Of a stretch of 64,000 nt of DNA, positions 47,144-57,162 are shown one piece after another. The position numbers and the translations under genes are program-made. The DNA comes from Patescibacteria group bacterium. GTDB taxonomy: Bacteria > Patescibacteriota > Patescibacteriia > Magasanikbacterales > JBBTQS01. The notes beneath the pieces were generated by a model that was given only the letters and a program-made list of their open reading frames with translations, was not told the origin of the DNA and did no database searches. The DNA lies in the NCBI GenBank assembly GCA_038065555.1, contig JBBTQS010000001.1, positions 64,741 to 128,740 on the forward strand, read 5' to 3'. Numbering within the stretch: position 1 is the stretch's first letter; each line of letters opens with the position of its first letter.

Positions 47144-47247
47144 TCACCTGTCAATTGGCAGTTGGTCATGAAGCGCTTGTGGGGGTCAACACCTTCGCAA
47201 GCGTTTTATATTTTGTGCTATACTTGGTTCATATTATTTCAACGGAT

Positions 47248-47715
47248 ATGGCACTCACGGTCGGATCGGCAGCACCAGATTTCTCATTGCGAGATCAGGC
47301 AGACGAAGAACACTCACTCGCGCAGTATCGCGGATCATGGGTTGTGCTCTATTTCTATCCGAAGGACGACACTCCTGGTTGTACGAAGGAGGCTTGCTCA
47401 TTTCGTGATGGATTTGCGCAGTATCGCAAGGCAGGTGTTGTCGTGCTCGGTGTGAGCAAAGATACCAGCAAGAGTCATGCGAAATTTGCAGACAAATATT
47501 CGCTTCCCTTTACCTTGCTCGCAGACCCTGATACCGTGGTTATTAAGAAATACGATTGCTGGGGCAAGAAGAAGTTCATGGGACGCGAATTCGAAGGAAC
47601 GCTCCGGTACACGTATCTCATTGATCCGGCAGGAAAGATCGCGGTGGTGTATACCGATGTAGATACTGCGACGCATGCTGCAACCGTGCTTGCGGATATT
47701 CGTGCACGGGCTTAA
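47248..47715 (+). CDS. bcp: thioredoxin-dependent peroxiredoxin Bcp
   Basis: FYPKDDTPGCTKEACSF active site. Confidence 0.85.
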   Translation: MALTVGSAAPDFSLRDQADEEHSLAQYRGSWVVLYFYPKDDTPGCTKEACSFRDGFAQYRKAGVVVLGVSKDTSKSHAKFADKYSLPFTLLADPDTVVIKKYDCWGKKKFMGREFEGTLRYTYLIDPAGKIAVVYTDVDTATHAATVLADIRARA

Positions 47716-47742
47716 CGATATTTATTCTTTTCATTTCTTTGT

Positions 47743-48135
47743 ATGATGAATGCAATGAAGAAGTGTCCAAACACTGGACTGTTTCTCATTCGCGTCGCGG
47801 TTGCGATGGTGTTCTTGTACGCTGGTATTAACAAGCTCATGGTGGGCGGTGAAGCCGGTGGTGCAATGTTCGCGTCCATGGGTATTACCATGGCTCCAAT
47901 GTTCTGGTTCTGGGTTGTAGCACTTGTTGAGACACTCGGTGGCGCAGCAATGCTCCTCGGTGTGTGGACACAGTGCGCTGGATATTTGCTCGCATTCATC
48001 ATGCTCGTTGCAATCATCCTCGTGCACTGGAGCGCAGGATACATGGGAATGCAGTACCCACTCGTGATGATGCTCGTGTCTCTTGGTATCGCAATGGTAG
48101 GGCCTGGAACTTGGGCACTGATGCGCGAGAAGTAA
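47743..48135 (+). CDS. DoxX-family membrane protein (copy 2)
   Basis: DoxX four-TM layout; immediately downstream of bcp. Confidence 0.55.
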   Translation: MMNAMKKCPNTGLFLIRVAVAMVFLYAGINKLMVGGEAGGAMFASMGITMAPMFWFWVVALVETLGGAAMLLGVWTQCAGYLLAFIMLVAIILVHWSAGYMGMQYPLVMMLVSLGIAMVGPGTWALMREK

Positions 48136-48159
48136 ACTCGTACTCACGTTGTAAGCAAC

Positions 48160-48238
48160 AAAACCCCACGATATTTCTTTTCCAAGCCCGGACCTCAGTT
48201 AACGGGGAGGACTTGGAAAAGAAATATCGTGGGGTTTT
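48160..48238. repeat. 27 bp perfect palindrome with 25 nt loop between convergent genes (terminator or REP-like)
   Basis: aaaaccccacgatatttcttttccaag ... cttggaaaagaaatatcgtggggtttt. Confidence 0.6.
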
Positions 48239-48254
48239 GGCGTTTGTAACCTGA

Positions 48255-48890
48255 CTACGAGTTGATGAGAGGGTAGAAGTCTGCGTGGGTGTCTATGTAG
48301 TAATCGGGGTTCACAGCTCGGAGTTGGGATTCCGACTGGTAGCCGGTTCCGATGGCTGCGGTTTTGTATCTTGCTTGTTTGGCGTAGTGCATGTCTTGGA
48401 TGGTGTCGCCGGTGTAGAGGGCTTGGGTGGAGGGATCGTCTACGTAGAGTTGTGCCATTTCGCGTAGGGCTGCGTCTTTTGCTCGGCAGTCGCCGATGAC
48501 GAAGTCGAAGTGCTCGCGCAGTCCGTAGCGTTCTGCTTCGGCTTCTAGATTTTTTTGCGGGTGCGCGCTGACGATGCCGACGATTTTGTTGGCGTTGCGC
48601 AGTGCGCGGATGAGCGCGGGGACTGCTTCGTACATGGTGGGCTCTGTGCCTTCGGCTAGTACTTCGTCGAAAAGTCGTTTGTAGTCAGACCAGATTTGCT
48701 CAGCGCTGAGACTTGGGTTGGCGATTTGGAAGAGCTCTACTACATTGCCAACAGATGTGCGCATCCAGTCCTCATAGGAGATCTGTTCGAGGCCGTATGC
48801 ATCGCGCATGCGCATGTTCGCTTGGTACACAGGTGGGCGGTCGTCACTGAGCGTTCCGCTCCAGTCGAATGCGAAGAGGGTGATGGGCAT
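48255..48890 (-). CDS. HAD-IA family hydrolase (phosphoglycolate-phosphatase-like)
   Basis: FAFDWSGTL and C-terminal GD motif. Confidence 0.6.
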   Translation of the reverse strand: MPITLFAFDWSGTLSDDRPPVYQANMRMRDAYGLEQISYEDWMRTSVGNVVELFQIANPSLSAEQIWSDYKRLFDEVLAEGTEPTMYEAVPALIRALRNANKIVGIVSAHPQKNLEAEAERYGLREHFDFVIGDCRAKDAALREMAQLYVDDPSTQALYTGDTIQDMHYAKQARYKTAAIGTGYQSESQLRAVNPDYYIDTHADFYPLINS

Positions 48891-48939
48891 AGCGTGACAA
48901 TTCGTGAATGCTCAGAGTATACTGGTCGTGACTTCTGCT

Positions 48940-49506
48940 ATGCAAGAAATACTCGGACAACTCCAGGGATGGATTGCAGGATTTGGACTGCTCGCGCCGC
49001 TATTGTTCATCGTGATTTTTGCGGTGGCGATGATGCTTTTCATGTTGTCCACGCCGTTTTTTGTGATGGCTGGTGTGCTTTTTGGTGCGATGCAGGGAAT
49101 TGCGTACGTGATGATAGGGGGCATGATCGCAGCGGTTGCATCCTTTCTCATCTCGCGTCGTTACGGTGCAGCAAGATTCGAACGGTTTCTGAAGAAACAC
49201 GAAACACGCCTGCTTGCACTCGAAACACGCCTTCTTGGCCGTTTTGGTTGGCTTACGATCATGATTTTGCGTGTGTTGCCACTCATTCCGTTCCCAGTGA
49301 TGAATTACGGACTTGGACTCACGCGTGTACGGTTCAACCAATATCTAGTCGGGACGTTCTTTGGTATTATTCCTGCGGTTGTAGTGTATACGGTGTTTGG
49401 TGGCGCGGTGTTCTCGTTTGGGTTGCTCGGTATGCTTGGGACCGTGGGAGCGCTTGTCGTATTTCTTTTTGGTATTTCTTATCTTGCAAAGCGGTATGAT
49501 GCATGA
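48940..49506 (+). CDS. DedA/TVP38-family membrane protein
   Basis: LPLIPFPVMNYGLGLTRVRFNQYLVGTFFGIIP. Confidence 0.6.
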   Translation: MQEILGQLQGWIAGFGLLAPLLFIVIFAVAMMLFMLSTPFFVMAGVLFGAMQGIAYVMIGGMIAAVASFLISRRYGAARFERFLKKHETRLLALETRLLGRFGWLTIMILRVLPLIPFPVMNYGLGLTRVRFNQYLVGTFFGIIPAVVVYTVFGGAVFSFGLLGMLGTVGALVVFLFGISYLAKRYDA

Positions 49507-50458
49507 AATTATTCGCGACTTTCCAGAGCAGTTCTCGTTCGAGCCAGTTGTAGTCCACGCAGATCAGTTGCACATGTTCAAGAAGTTTGTCGTGCTAGGG
49601 ATGGGTGGGTCGCAACAGCCGTCGACATTGCTGCATCGTATGGATCCAACAGTCGACATTGTGCATCATCGCGACTATGGCTTGCCACAAGGGGTTGATC
49701 TCTCGGATCGGCTCATCATTGCAAGTTCGTATTCAGGTAACACGGAGGAAACAGTCGACGGCGCACGCGAAGCGATTCGACGTGGATTGCCGCTTGCGAT
49801 TATCACAACAGGTGGTGAACTCCTGCGTATGGCGCAAGAGCAGCATATTCCGCATGTGGTGATTCCTGCTACTGGGATTCCGCCGCGCTGTGCGTTGGGG
49901 TACGCAGCTCGATCAGTTATGGCGGTGATGGGTCGTGCTGATTTGCTTGATGCTACGCGTGCACTCACAACACTTGATGCTACGCGTGCACAGACGCAAG
50001 GTACAACCATTGCGCAGTGGTGCGAGAATCGCGTACCTGTTGTCTACGCGTCTACACGCAACGAAGCCATCGCGTATATTTGGAAGATCAAGTTCAATGA
50101 GACTGGCAAGATCCCGGCATTTTGCAATGTTGTTCCTGAGCTCAATCACAATGAAATGAATGGCTATGATGTGGTTGATGCAACGCGTTCGCTCAGCGCT
50201 AACACGGTATTCATCTTTTTGCGCGATGTGACGGATGATGCACGCATCGTTCGACGTATGGATGTGCAGCGCGATTTGTTGCGCGCCCGTGGCCTCAACG
50301 TCCAGGAATTCCAAGTGACTGGCGCCACTGCATACGAACAGATTTTTTCGACGATTCTTGCCGCAGACTGGGCGTGCCTATCCATTGCACAGCGCTACGG
50401 GCTTGAGCCTGAGGCTGTGGAGATGGTGGAGGAGTTCAAGCAGGCGATTGCGAAGTAA
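49496..50458 (+). CDS. bifunctional phosphoglucose/phosphomannose isomerase (SIS-domain, archaeal-type PGI/PMI)
   Basis: SIS nucleotide-binding region VVLGMGGSQQ and a second SIS half. Confidence 0.65.
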   Translation: MMHEIIRDFPEQFSFEPVVVHADQLHMFKKFVVLGMGGSQQPSTLLHRMDPTVDIVHHRDYGLPQGVDLSDRLIIASSYSGNTEETVDGAREAIRRGLPLAIITTGGELLRMAQEQHIPHVVIPATGIPPRCALGYAARSVMAVMGRADLLDATRALTTLDATRAQTQGTTIAQWCENRVPVVYASTRNEAIAYIWKIKFNETGKIPAFCNVVPELNHNEMNGYDVVDATRSLSANTVFIFLRDVTDDARIVRRMDVQRDLLRARGLNVQEFQVTGATAYEQIFSTILAADWACLSIAQRYGLEPEAVEMVEEFKQAIAK

Positions 50459-50536
50459 TCCCGAACGGTTGACACTGAGGCGGGCTTTGTCATTTCTGGA
50501 TGTTTTGTTACACTAGTTGGGTATATCAACGCGCCT

Positions 50537-51940
50537 ATGCAACTTGTATTTATTGGATCTGGATTTGTTGGGACGACCACGGCTGCGGCCATGGCGTCAT
50601 TTGGCCACGACGTACTGCTGTACGACATTAACGAAGCGCGCGTAGCGAGCCTCTCGTCGCGTAATCGCAAGACGATTGATGCGTGCTTGTTCGAGAACGG
50701 ACTGGCTGATTTGTTGATTGAGCACTCAGATCGCATCACGTTCACCACTGACTACACACTCGTTGAGCAGACGCTCGAATCTGCCGAGGCTGTCTTCATC
50801 TGTGTGCCGACGCCGTCGCGCGAGGATGGGAGCACAGAGATGTCGTATTACCAGTCTGCCCTCAAGAAATTGGCTGGCGCACTTGCAAGTCGCAATAGTG
50901 GCAAGCAAAAGAATCGCGTGGTGATTATCAACAAGAGTACGGTTCCAGTAGATACTGCAAAGTATACTCAAGAACAACTCGACAAGGCGGGTGCGAAGAA
51001 CGTCGGCGTTGTGGCAAATCCTGAATTTCTTGTTGAAGGTCGTGCGATTGAGGGCAACTTGCAGCCAACGCGTATTGTTGTTGGTGCAACTTCACCCAAG
51101 GATTTTGCGATCATGCGTCGCATGTATGCGCATTTCGAGGGCAACAACGATATCCCGTATATTGAAGTGAATCCATTTGAGGCTGCGGCAGGCAAATTGC
51201 TTGCGAACTATTTGTTGTTCTCTCGTCTCATGCTCTGCTATGACGTGATGGGACGCGTGAGTGAGCAATTCAATGATGTGACGTTTGAGGCAGTACGCAA
51301 GATCGTGTGTTCTGATCCGCGCATTGGATTCTGGGGATTCTACGACAGTATTTATGCAGGTGGGTCGTGTCTGGAGAAGGATGCGAAGTCCCTTGCGCAT
51401 CAGCTCGAAGTAACAAAAGCAAATACAGATCTGGTTCGCGCAAGTATTGGGAGCAATCGTCGCCAGATTGAGCTCTTCCTCGCTCGTGTGAAGAAGGCGA
51501 TGCCACAAGGCGCAAAGGGCGCGAGCGTGGCAGTGCTCGGCCTTGCGTTCAAGCGCGACACGAATGATATTCGCAATTCTGCTGGCCCGATGGTAGTAGA
51601 TTGCATGCGTCGCCATGGCGCTGCAGAGGTTCGTGTATACGATCCTGGGGTGGATATGGTCTCACTTGAGGCGTATGCGAAAGAGACGAGCACCAAGCGC
51701 ACACGCGTCATCGCATGCCGCACTGCAGCAGACGCAGTTCGTGGCACGAGTACAAGTGTCATCACAACCGATTGGCCAGAGTTCCAAAAGCTGGCCTCAG
51801 TATTTGTGAAGGCTGCGCGTGCGCCGTATCTCATTGCTGATGGTCGCCGCATGATTGCAGCAGATTACCAAGCGCTCACGAAAAAAGGATTTACGGTGTT
51901 GGCTGTAGGATCCCCATTGTATCGTCCAACCAAAAAATAA
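50537..51940 (+). CDS. ugd: UDP-glucose 6-dehydrogenase
   Basis: N-terminal Rossmann IGSGFVGTTTAAAMA, catalytic-Cys region GGSCLEKD. Confidence 0.85.
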   Translation: MQLVFIGSGFVGTTTAAAMASFGHDVLLYDINEARVASLSSRNRKTIDACLFENGLADLLIEHSDRITFTTDYTLVEQTLESAEAVFICVPTPSREDGSTEMSYYQSALKKLAGALASRNSGKQKNRVVIINKSTVPVDTAKYTQEQLDKAGAKNVGVVANPEFLVEGRAIEGNLQPTRIVVGATSPKDFAIMRRMYAHFEGNNDIPYIEVNPFEAAAGKLLANYLLFSRLMLCYDVMGRVSEQFNDVTFEAVRKIVCSDPRIGFWGFYDSIYAGGSCLEKDAKSLAHQLEVTKANTDLVRASIGSNRRQIELFLARVKKAMPQGAKGASVAVLGLAFKRDTNDIRNSAGPMVVDCMRRHGAAEVRVYDPGVDMVSLEAYAKETSTKRTRVIACRTAADAVRGTSTSVITTDWPEFQKLASVFVKAARAPYLIADGRRMIAADYQALTKKGFTVLAVGSPLYRPTKK

Positions 51941-51941
51941 T

Positions 51942-52847
51942 ATGGCAGTATATCTTGTAACAGGTGGCGCAGGGTTCATTGGATCGCATCTCACAGAGGC
52001 GCTCATTGATGCGGGGCATACAGTGCGTATCATCGATAATTTTTTGACGAGTACGCGCGAGACTGTACATCCTCGTGCAGAGTTATTTGAGGTAGACGTA
52101 CGTGATCTCGCAGCGATTCGTCCGGCATTTGCTGGTGTGGATGGCGTGTTCCATATGGCTGCGCTTCCTCGTGTGCAGGAGTCGCTGGAGAATCCGATCG
52201 AGGCTCATGAGTACAATCTCAATGCGACGCTCAATGTCTTTGTGGCTGCAAAGGACGCGGGAGTCAAGCGCATCGTCTATTCTGCGAGCTGTGCAGTGTA
52301 TGGCGAAGATGCGCCGAAGCCTTCTCCGGAAGACGTGTTGCCTGCGCCAATGAGTCCATACGGAGTGCAGAAGTATGTCGGTGAGCTGTACGCACGAGTT
52401 TTTTCGCTTGCGTACCAGATTGAGACGGTGAGTCTGCGCTATTTCAATGTGTACGGGCCGCGTATGTCTGAGGTGGGCTCGTATGCGTCTGTGATGTCAG
52501 TGTTTGTGCGCCAGAAGCGTGCTGGCACGCCGCTCACCATTACAGGAGATGGCACACAGACTCGGGATTTCACATACGTGACCGATGTTGTGCGCGCCAA
52601 TATGTTGGCAATGACGAGTGACAAGGTGGGCAAAGGCGAGGTAATGAACGCCGCAGCAGGCCGCAACATTAGTATGAACGAGCTCGCCGAACTCTTCGGT
52701 GGTCCTGCTGAGCATATTCCTGCGCGCCTTGAGCCGCATGATGCATGGGCTGATAACACGCGTGCGATGGAACTCCTCGGATGGAAGGCGGAAGTCTCCG
52801 TTGAAGAGGGAATTGCCCGCGTCAAATCATTCTACGGAATTTCGTAA
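51942..52847 (+). CDS. NAD-dependent sugar-nucleotide epimerase (UDP-glucuronate/UDP-glucose 4-epimerase-like)
   Basis: VTGGAGFIGSHL and SDR YxxxK region (YGVQKYVGE). Confidence 0.75.
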   Translation: MAVYLVTGGAGFIGSHLTEALIDAGHTVRIIDNFLTSTRETVHPRAELFEVDVRDLAAIRPAFAGVDGVFHMAALPRVQESLENPIEAHEYNLNATLNVFVAAKDAGVKRIVYSASCAVYGEDAPKPSPEDVLPAPMSPYGVQKYVGELYARVFSLAYQIETVSLRYFNVYGPRMSEVGSYASVMSVFVRQKRAGTPLTITGDGTQTRDFTYVTDVVRANMLAMTSDKVGKGEVMNAAAGRNISMNELAELFGGPAEHIPARLEPHDAWADNTRAMELLGWKAEVSVEEGIARVKSFYGIS

Positions 52848-52857
52848 TTTCCCCCGT

Positions 52858-53574
52858 ATGGTACTTACTGCACGACTTGTTGCGAAGCTATCAGCACTTG
52901 GTGTCGTCATTGCGCTCATTGTTGGTGGATTCTTTGTGTATCGCAGTGATTGGAATCAAGGACGGGTATTCATGGAATTCGTTGCATCGCGTACAGCTGT
53001 AGATCGTGCTGGTATCGAACAGCTCATGACTACAGCACGTGAGTGGGAGCAAAAGGCAAATGCAGCAGTTGATTCCTCTGCACTTGTCGAAGCCGCACGG
53101 CATTGGAAGACCATGGGAGACGCGTATGCACTCGAGTATCCACGACAAAAGGCGATTGCGTTGTACGAGGAGGCTATTAATCGGTTTGGGGATAATCCAA
53201 CGATTTATGCAGCAATTGGTGACACGTACAAGGCACTCGCGAAGTACGAAGAAGCAGAGGAGAATTACCAGCGCGCAATCACGATTGAGCCGGGTCAGTA
53301 CACACACTACCAAAAGCTCGCAACGCTGTACCGATATCGAATGCAAGCAGCGCCTGACAAGGTGCTTGCGGTGTATGCTACAGCGCTTGAGCGTCTCATT
53401 ATTGGTTCACCTGAGATTTACAAGGAGCGCGCCAACTATTTTGAGGAGTTGGGGAGCTACAAAGCAGCTGCAGCAGATTGGCAAGCAGTAGTACAACTTG
53501 ATCCGACAAATACTGGTGCAAAATCTGAATACGACAGACTCACTGTGTTGGCTGCACAGCAGTCAGCCAAGTAG
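52858..53574 (+). CDS. TPR-repeat membrane-anchored protein
   Basis: N-terminal TM helix and three or four TPR units. Confidence 0.5.
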   Translation: MVLTARLVAKLSALGVVIALIVGGFFVYRSDWNQGRVFMEFVASRTAVDRAGIEQLMTTAREWEQKANAAVDSSALVEAARHWKTMGDAYALEYPRQKAIALYEEAINRFGDNPTIYAAIGDTYKALAKYEEAEENYQRAITIEPGQYTHYQKLATLYRYRMQAAPDKVLAVYATALERLIIGSPEIYKERANYFEELGSYKAAAADWQAVVQLDPTNTGAKSEYDRLTVLAAQQSAK

Positions 53575-53585
53575 CGTACGATGCG

Positions 53586-54971
53586 CTAGAGTCCTTTGCG
53601 ACGGATCATCACGTTAATGGTTTTGAGGAAAATCGCTACATCAATCATGATTGAGCGATTTTTGATGTAGTAGAGATCGTATTGGAGCTTGACCAACATT
53701 TCCTCGAATGACTTCGCGTATGGGTAGTTAATTTGTGCCCAACCAGTGAGTCCAGGACGAACAATGTGGCGCACGGTGAAGAACGGCATTGAGTCAGTAA
53801 TCTTTTCTACAAATTCTGGACGTTCTGGACGTGGTCCAATGAGCGCCATTTCTCCTTTGAGAATATTCCACGCTTGTGGGAACTCGTCGATGCGGAATTT
53901 GCGCAGATAATTACCAACGCGAGTAACGCGCGCGTCGCCTTCTTGCGCAAATGCAGCTGCGCCATCGAGCTCTGCAGAGCCATCAGCTGCGAGTGCTTTC
54001 ATGGTACGGAATTTTGCGATCGTGTAGCGTTTGCCATTCTTGCCAATTCGGATTTGACGGATGAAGAGTGGTCCAGGGCTCGAGCCACGAATGAGTAGCG
54101 CCAGAAATGGCGTCATAATCGCGGTGATCACAAGAAGGACGAGTGCGAATACCGTGTCGAAGCTGACACGAAATGCATCGTACATTCGATGACGCGTGTG
54201 GAGATTCTCGAGGAACCATGACTCCGAAAGTGATGCAATAGGTACGCGGCCAGTAATGTGCTCGTAGAGCGTTGCAATGTTGATGATATCGAGATTCCAG
54301 AAAATAAGCTCGTACAACTCTTGTGTGAGTGCGCGCTGCTCATGGATATCAATAGCGAGCACTACGGTGTCGATTTCGTGTGCGGTGACAATGGCGCGGA
54401 TGTGCTTGAGTGTGGTGTAGCGTTCGATGCCAGTAATAGGCCCACCGGCGTTCTCGGTCAGCTCAACCAGCGCAACAGGGAGATAGCCGAGTTGCGGATT
54501 GCGGTTGAAGACGCCAACGAGCTCCTCAACCTCGAGTGTTCGGCCAACGAACAATACACGACGGCGCAAGAGTCGCGGTGCAAGTACCTGGTTGTACAGC
54601 ATGCGCCAGAGTGTGAAGAGCAGGCCGTAGAATCCGACGGTGATCAAGAGGTTGGTCTTCGGTGCAATGCTGAAGAACGGCGAAATGTAGAAGACAGCAA
54701 TAGCAAGTGCCGTTGATGCAACAAGTGCCTCTAGGAAGTTGCGGAAGAAGAGTACGTTGTTCTTCGCACGTTGTACGTCGTAGAGTCCGGTAATGTAGAG
54801 AATGCCGATCCACAGAACAAAGATAATACTCAGTGGGAGGAGATGGATGTCCCACTGAACGCTCCATGCTTCTTGGCCATAGCGGACAAGGAGTGTGAGA
54901 GCGAGTGCGCTGTAGAGCATGACAATATCGCCTACGAGAAGGAGAAATTTCTTGAAAAGTGTTGCATGCAT
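53586..54971 (-). CDS. polyprenyl-phosphate hexose-1-phosphate transferase (WbaP/bacterial sugar transferase)
   Basis: C-terminal catalytic domain IGPRPE...LTGWAQINYPY...DLYYIKNRS. Confidence 0.8.
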   Translation of the reverse strand: MHATLFKKFLLLVGDIVMLYSALALTLLVRYGQEAWSVQWDIHLLPLSIIFVLWIGILYITGLYDVQRAKNNVLFFRNFLEALVASTALAIAVFYISPFFSIAPKTNLLITVGFYGLLFTLWRMLYNQVLAPRLLRRRVLFVGRTLEVEELVGVFNRNPQLGYLPVALVELTENAGGPITGIERYTTLKHIRAIVTAHEIDTVVLAIDIHEQRALTQELYELIFWNLDIINIATLYEHITGRVPIASLSESWFLENLHTRHRMYDAFRVSFDTVFALVLLVITAIMTPFLALLIRGSSPGPLFIRQIRIGKNGKRYTIAKFRTMKALAADGSAELDGAAAFAQEGDARVTRVGNYLRKFRIDEFPQAWNILKGEMALIGPRPERPEFVEKITDSMPFFTVRHIVRPGLTGWAQINYPYAKSFEEMLVKLQYDLYYIKNRSIMIDVAIFLKTINVMIRRKGL

Positions 54972-55028
54972 AGGGGTGGGACAGGGTTGTAGGTATACGG
55001 TATACTACCTACTGTATCTTTGCAGCCT

Positions 55029-57131
55029 ATGCTACCAAGCTTGCGTTACATATTCAAGGCGCTCGTGATTGCTGTACTCTTGGCCCCACAAACTGCCAGT
55101 GCAGCGTTGCCATCAGATCCGTTCTTCATGCGACTCCCGATTTGGCAGCAAATCGGTCTTGAGCGTGCGTGGGATATCACGACAGGATCACGCGAAGTGG
55201 TTGTAGCTGTCCTTGATAGTGGTATTGATCTCAACCATCCTGATCTGCGAGATAATATTTGGGTGAACACGCGTGAGGTTGCGGGGGATGGTATTGATAA
55301 TGACCAGAATGGATATGTTGATGATGTGCGGGGATGGGATTTCGTGGATAACGATTCGTCGCCTACACCGTATGTGCGAACCGGTGCTGCGTTTCGTGCA
55401 GGTGAGTTGCAGCACGGAACAATTATTGCCGGAATTATTGGCGCAGTAGGGAATAATAATCAGTTCAGTGCAGGCATTAACTGGCGAGTGCGGATTATGC
55501 CACTGCGCGTAATTGATGCAACAGCAGAAGATGGAACACAGTCGCACCAAGTGCCAACATCCAACATGAATGATGCCATAGCGTATGCGACGGCCAACGG
55601 CGCTGATGTGATCAGTGTGAGTCTCGTGATTGATGCCAATATCGAATCACTGCAAGACGCGATAGTTCGTGCCTACAACGCTGGAGTCACAACGGTAGTT
55701 TCTGCTGGCAACTACACGAATGAAGCGCGCACGAATCGTGATTTGCGAACCAAGCCGCTGTACCCCGTGTGTTTTGCAGCACCAGGGATTGGACCTGAGC
55801 TTGTGATTGGAGTGGCATCAGTGGATAGTCGCGATACGATTTCGACATTTAGTAATTATGGTGCGGGGTGTGTGGACATTGCAGCGCCTGGGGAAGAGGT
55901 GCCAAGCACGTTGTATCAGTCTGCCGAGCTCAATCAAATTCAACTGTACGGAGGTGCGTGGAATGGTACGTCATTTGCTTCACCGATGGTTGCAGGAGCT
56001 GTGGCGCTCATGAAGGCGGTATATCCCGCGCTCACACCAGTACAAGCACATTCGTATCTCACTCGTTCCGCAGATTCGATCACTGCACAAAATCCCGAGC
56101 TTGCCGCACAAGTGGGCGCAGGTCGACTCAATATTGCTGCTGCGCTCACACTGCTCACCACGGAGCATCCACCTGGCAGTGTGCAGCCCGTTGCACCAGT
56201 CGCCCCAGCACAGCCAACAGCGCCAATTGCCGTAACACCAACACCGGAAAAATATCGACTTGTTGTCGGACAAGACACGGGTATAGAGCATCTCGTTCGA
56301 GTGTTTGATTCTGTGGGTACGGTAGTGCACGAATTCCGCGCATTTGGAAACACGGGTGGATCTGGTAACTCACTCACAACAGGAGATACAGATGGAGATG
56401 GTTCTGAAGAAATTATTGTTGGCGCAGGACGTGGCGGCGCGGCGCTGGTTCGGATTTTTCGCCCAGATGGGACACTGGTGAAGGAATTTCTTGCGGGGGA
56501 GGCAACAGATCGTCGCGGTGTGCGTGTTGGCGTAATCGATTATGACAAGAATGGTCAGGTTGAGATTGTCACAGCACCACTTACTGGCGAATCACAGTTC
56601 ATTACGATTTATAGACCAGATGGTCGAGAGTTTTTGCGATTTTCTCCTGGGCAGCGACCGTATCCCTTTGGGTTGATTTTTGCTTCAGGTGTCGTCAATG
56701 GTGAGCCGCGTATTATTGTGAGTGAACAACGCAATGGTGGTCAGCATATCGAGGCATGGGCACCAGGCGGTGCGTATGTGAATGAGTGGTTTGTGCAAGA
56801 TGTCGCTTCACAACGCCCGACGCTTGCAATGGGGGATCTCACCGCAGATGGCGTCACTGATATTCTCATTGGTTCTGCTCCTGGTGTGAGTCCTGTAGTC
56901 ATCGCGCAGCCGTTTGTGTTTGCCGCAGCGCAATCCGTGTATACAGTGTTGTGGCCAGGGGCGACGACAGGGGTTTCGCTGGCCGTTGCGCCAGGTCGTA
57001 TGGCTGTTGCTACCGGTCGCAATACCGTGGGGATGGTAGAACTCTACACAGGGTCAGGGCAGATGATCCTGCAAGTCTATCCGTTTGGCTCATTCTATAG
57101 TGGTGGTGTGACGGTTGCGTTCCTGCGCTAA
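55029..57131 (+). CDS. secreted subtilisin-family (S8) protease fused to FG-GAP/VCBS-like repeats
   Basis: signal peptide; Asp/His/Ser triad blocks VAVLDSGID, HGTIIAGIIGA, GTSFASPMVAG; four repeats of the DxDGDG type. Confidence 0.8.
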   Translation: MLPSLRYIFKALVIAVLLAPQTASAALPSDPFFMRLPIWQQIGLERAWDITTGSREVVVAVLDSGIDLNHPDLRDNIWVNTREVAGDGIDNDQNGYVDDVRGWDFVDNDSSPTPYVRTGAAFRAGELQHGTIIAGIIGAVGNNNQFSAGINWRVRIMPLRVIDATAEDGTQSHQVPTSNMNDAIAYATANGADVISVSLVIDANIESLQDAIVRAYNAGVTTVVSAGNYTNEARTNRDLRTKPLYPVCFAAPGIGPELVIGVASVDSRDTISTFSNYGAGCVDIAAPGEEVPSTLYQSAELNQIQLYGGAWNGTSFASPMVAGAVALMKAVYPALTPVQAHSYLTRSADSITAQNPELAAQVGAGRLNIAAALTLLTTEHPPGSVQPVAPVAPAQPTAPIAVTPTPEKYRLVVGQDTGIEHLVRVFDSVGTVVHEFRAFGNTGGSGNSLTTGDTDGDGSEEIIVGAGRGGAALVRIFRPDGTLVKEFLAGEATDRRGVRVGVIDYDKNGQVEIVTAPLTGESQFITIYRPDGREFLRFSPGQRPYPFGLIFASGVVNGEPRIIVSEQRNGGQHIEAWAPGGAYVNEWFVQDVASQRPTLAMGDLTADGVTDILIGSAPGVSPVVIAQPFVFAAAQSVYTVLWPGATTGVSLAVAPGRMAVATGRNTVGMVELYTGSGQMILQVYPFGSFYSGGVTVAFLR

Positions 57132-57162
57132 TTTCACGTATACTAGGTGTAACTTATCTCCT

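Noticed and set aside
46771-47247. Long N-terminal extension of the bcp ORF (159 aa before MALTV)
   Set aside because: Arg/Cys-rich low-complexity translation. Peroxiredoxin homology begins at 47248, so the extension is read-through of an upstream region.
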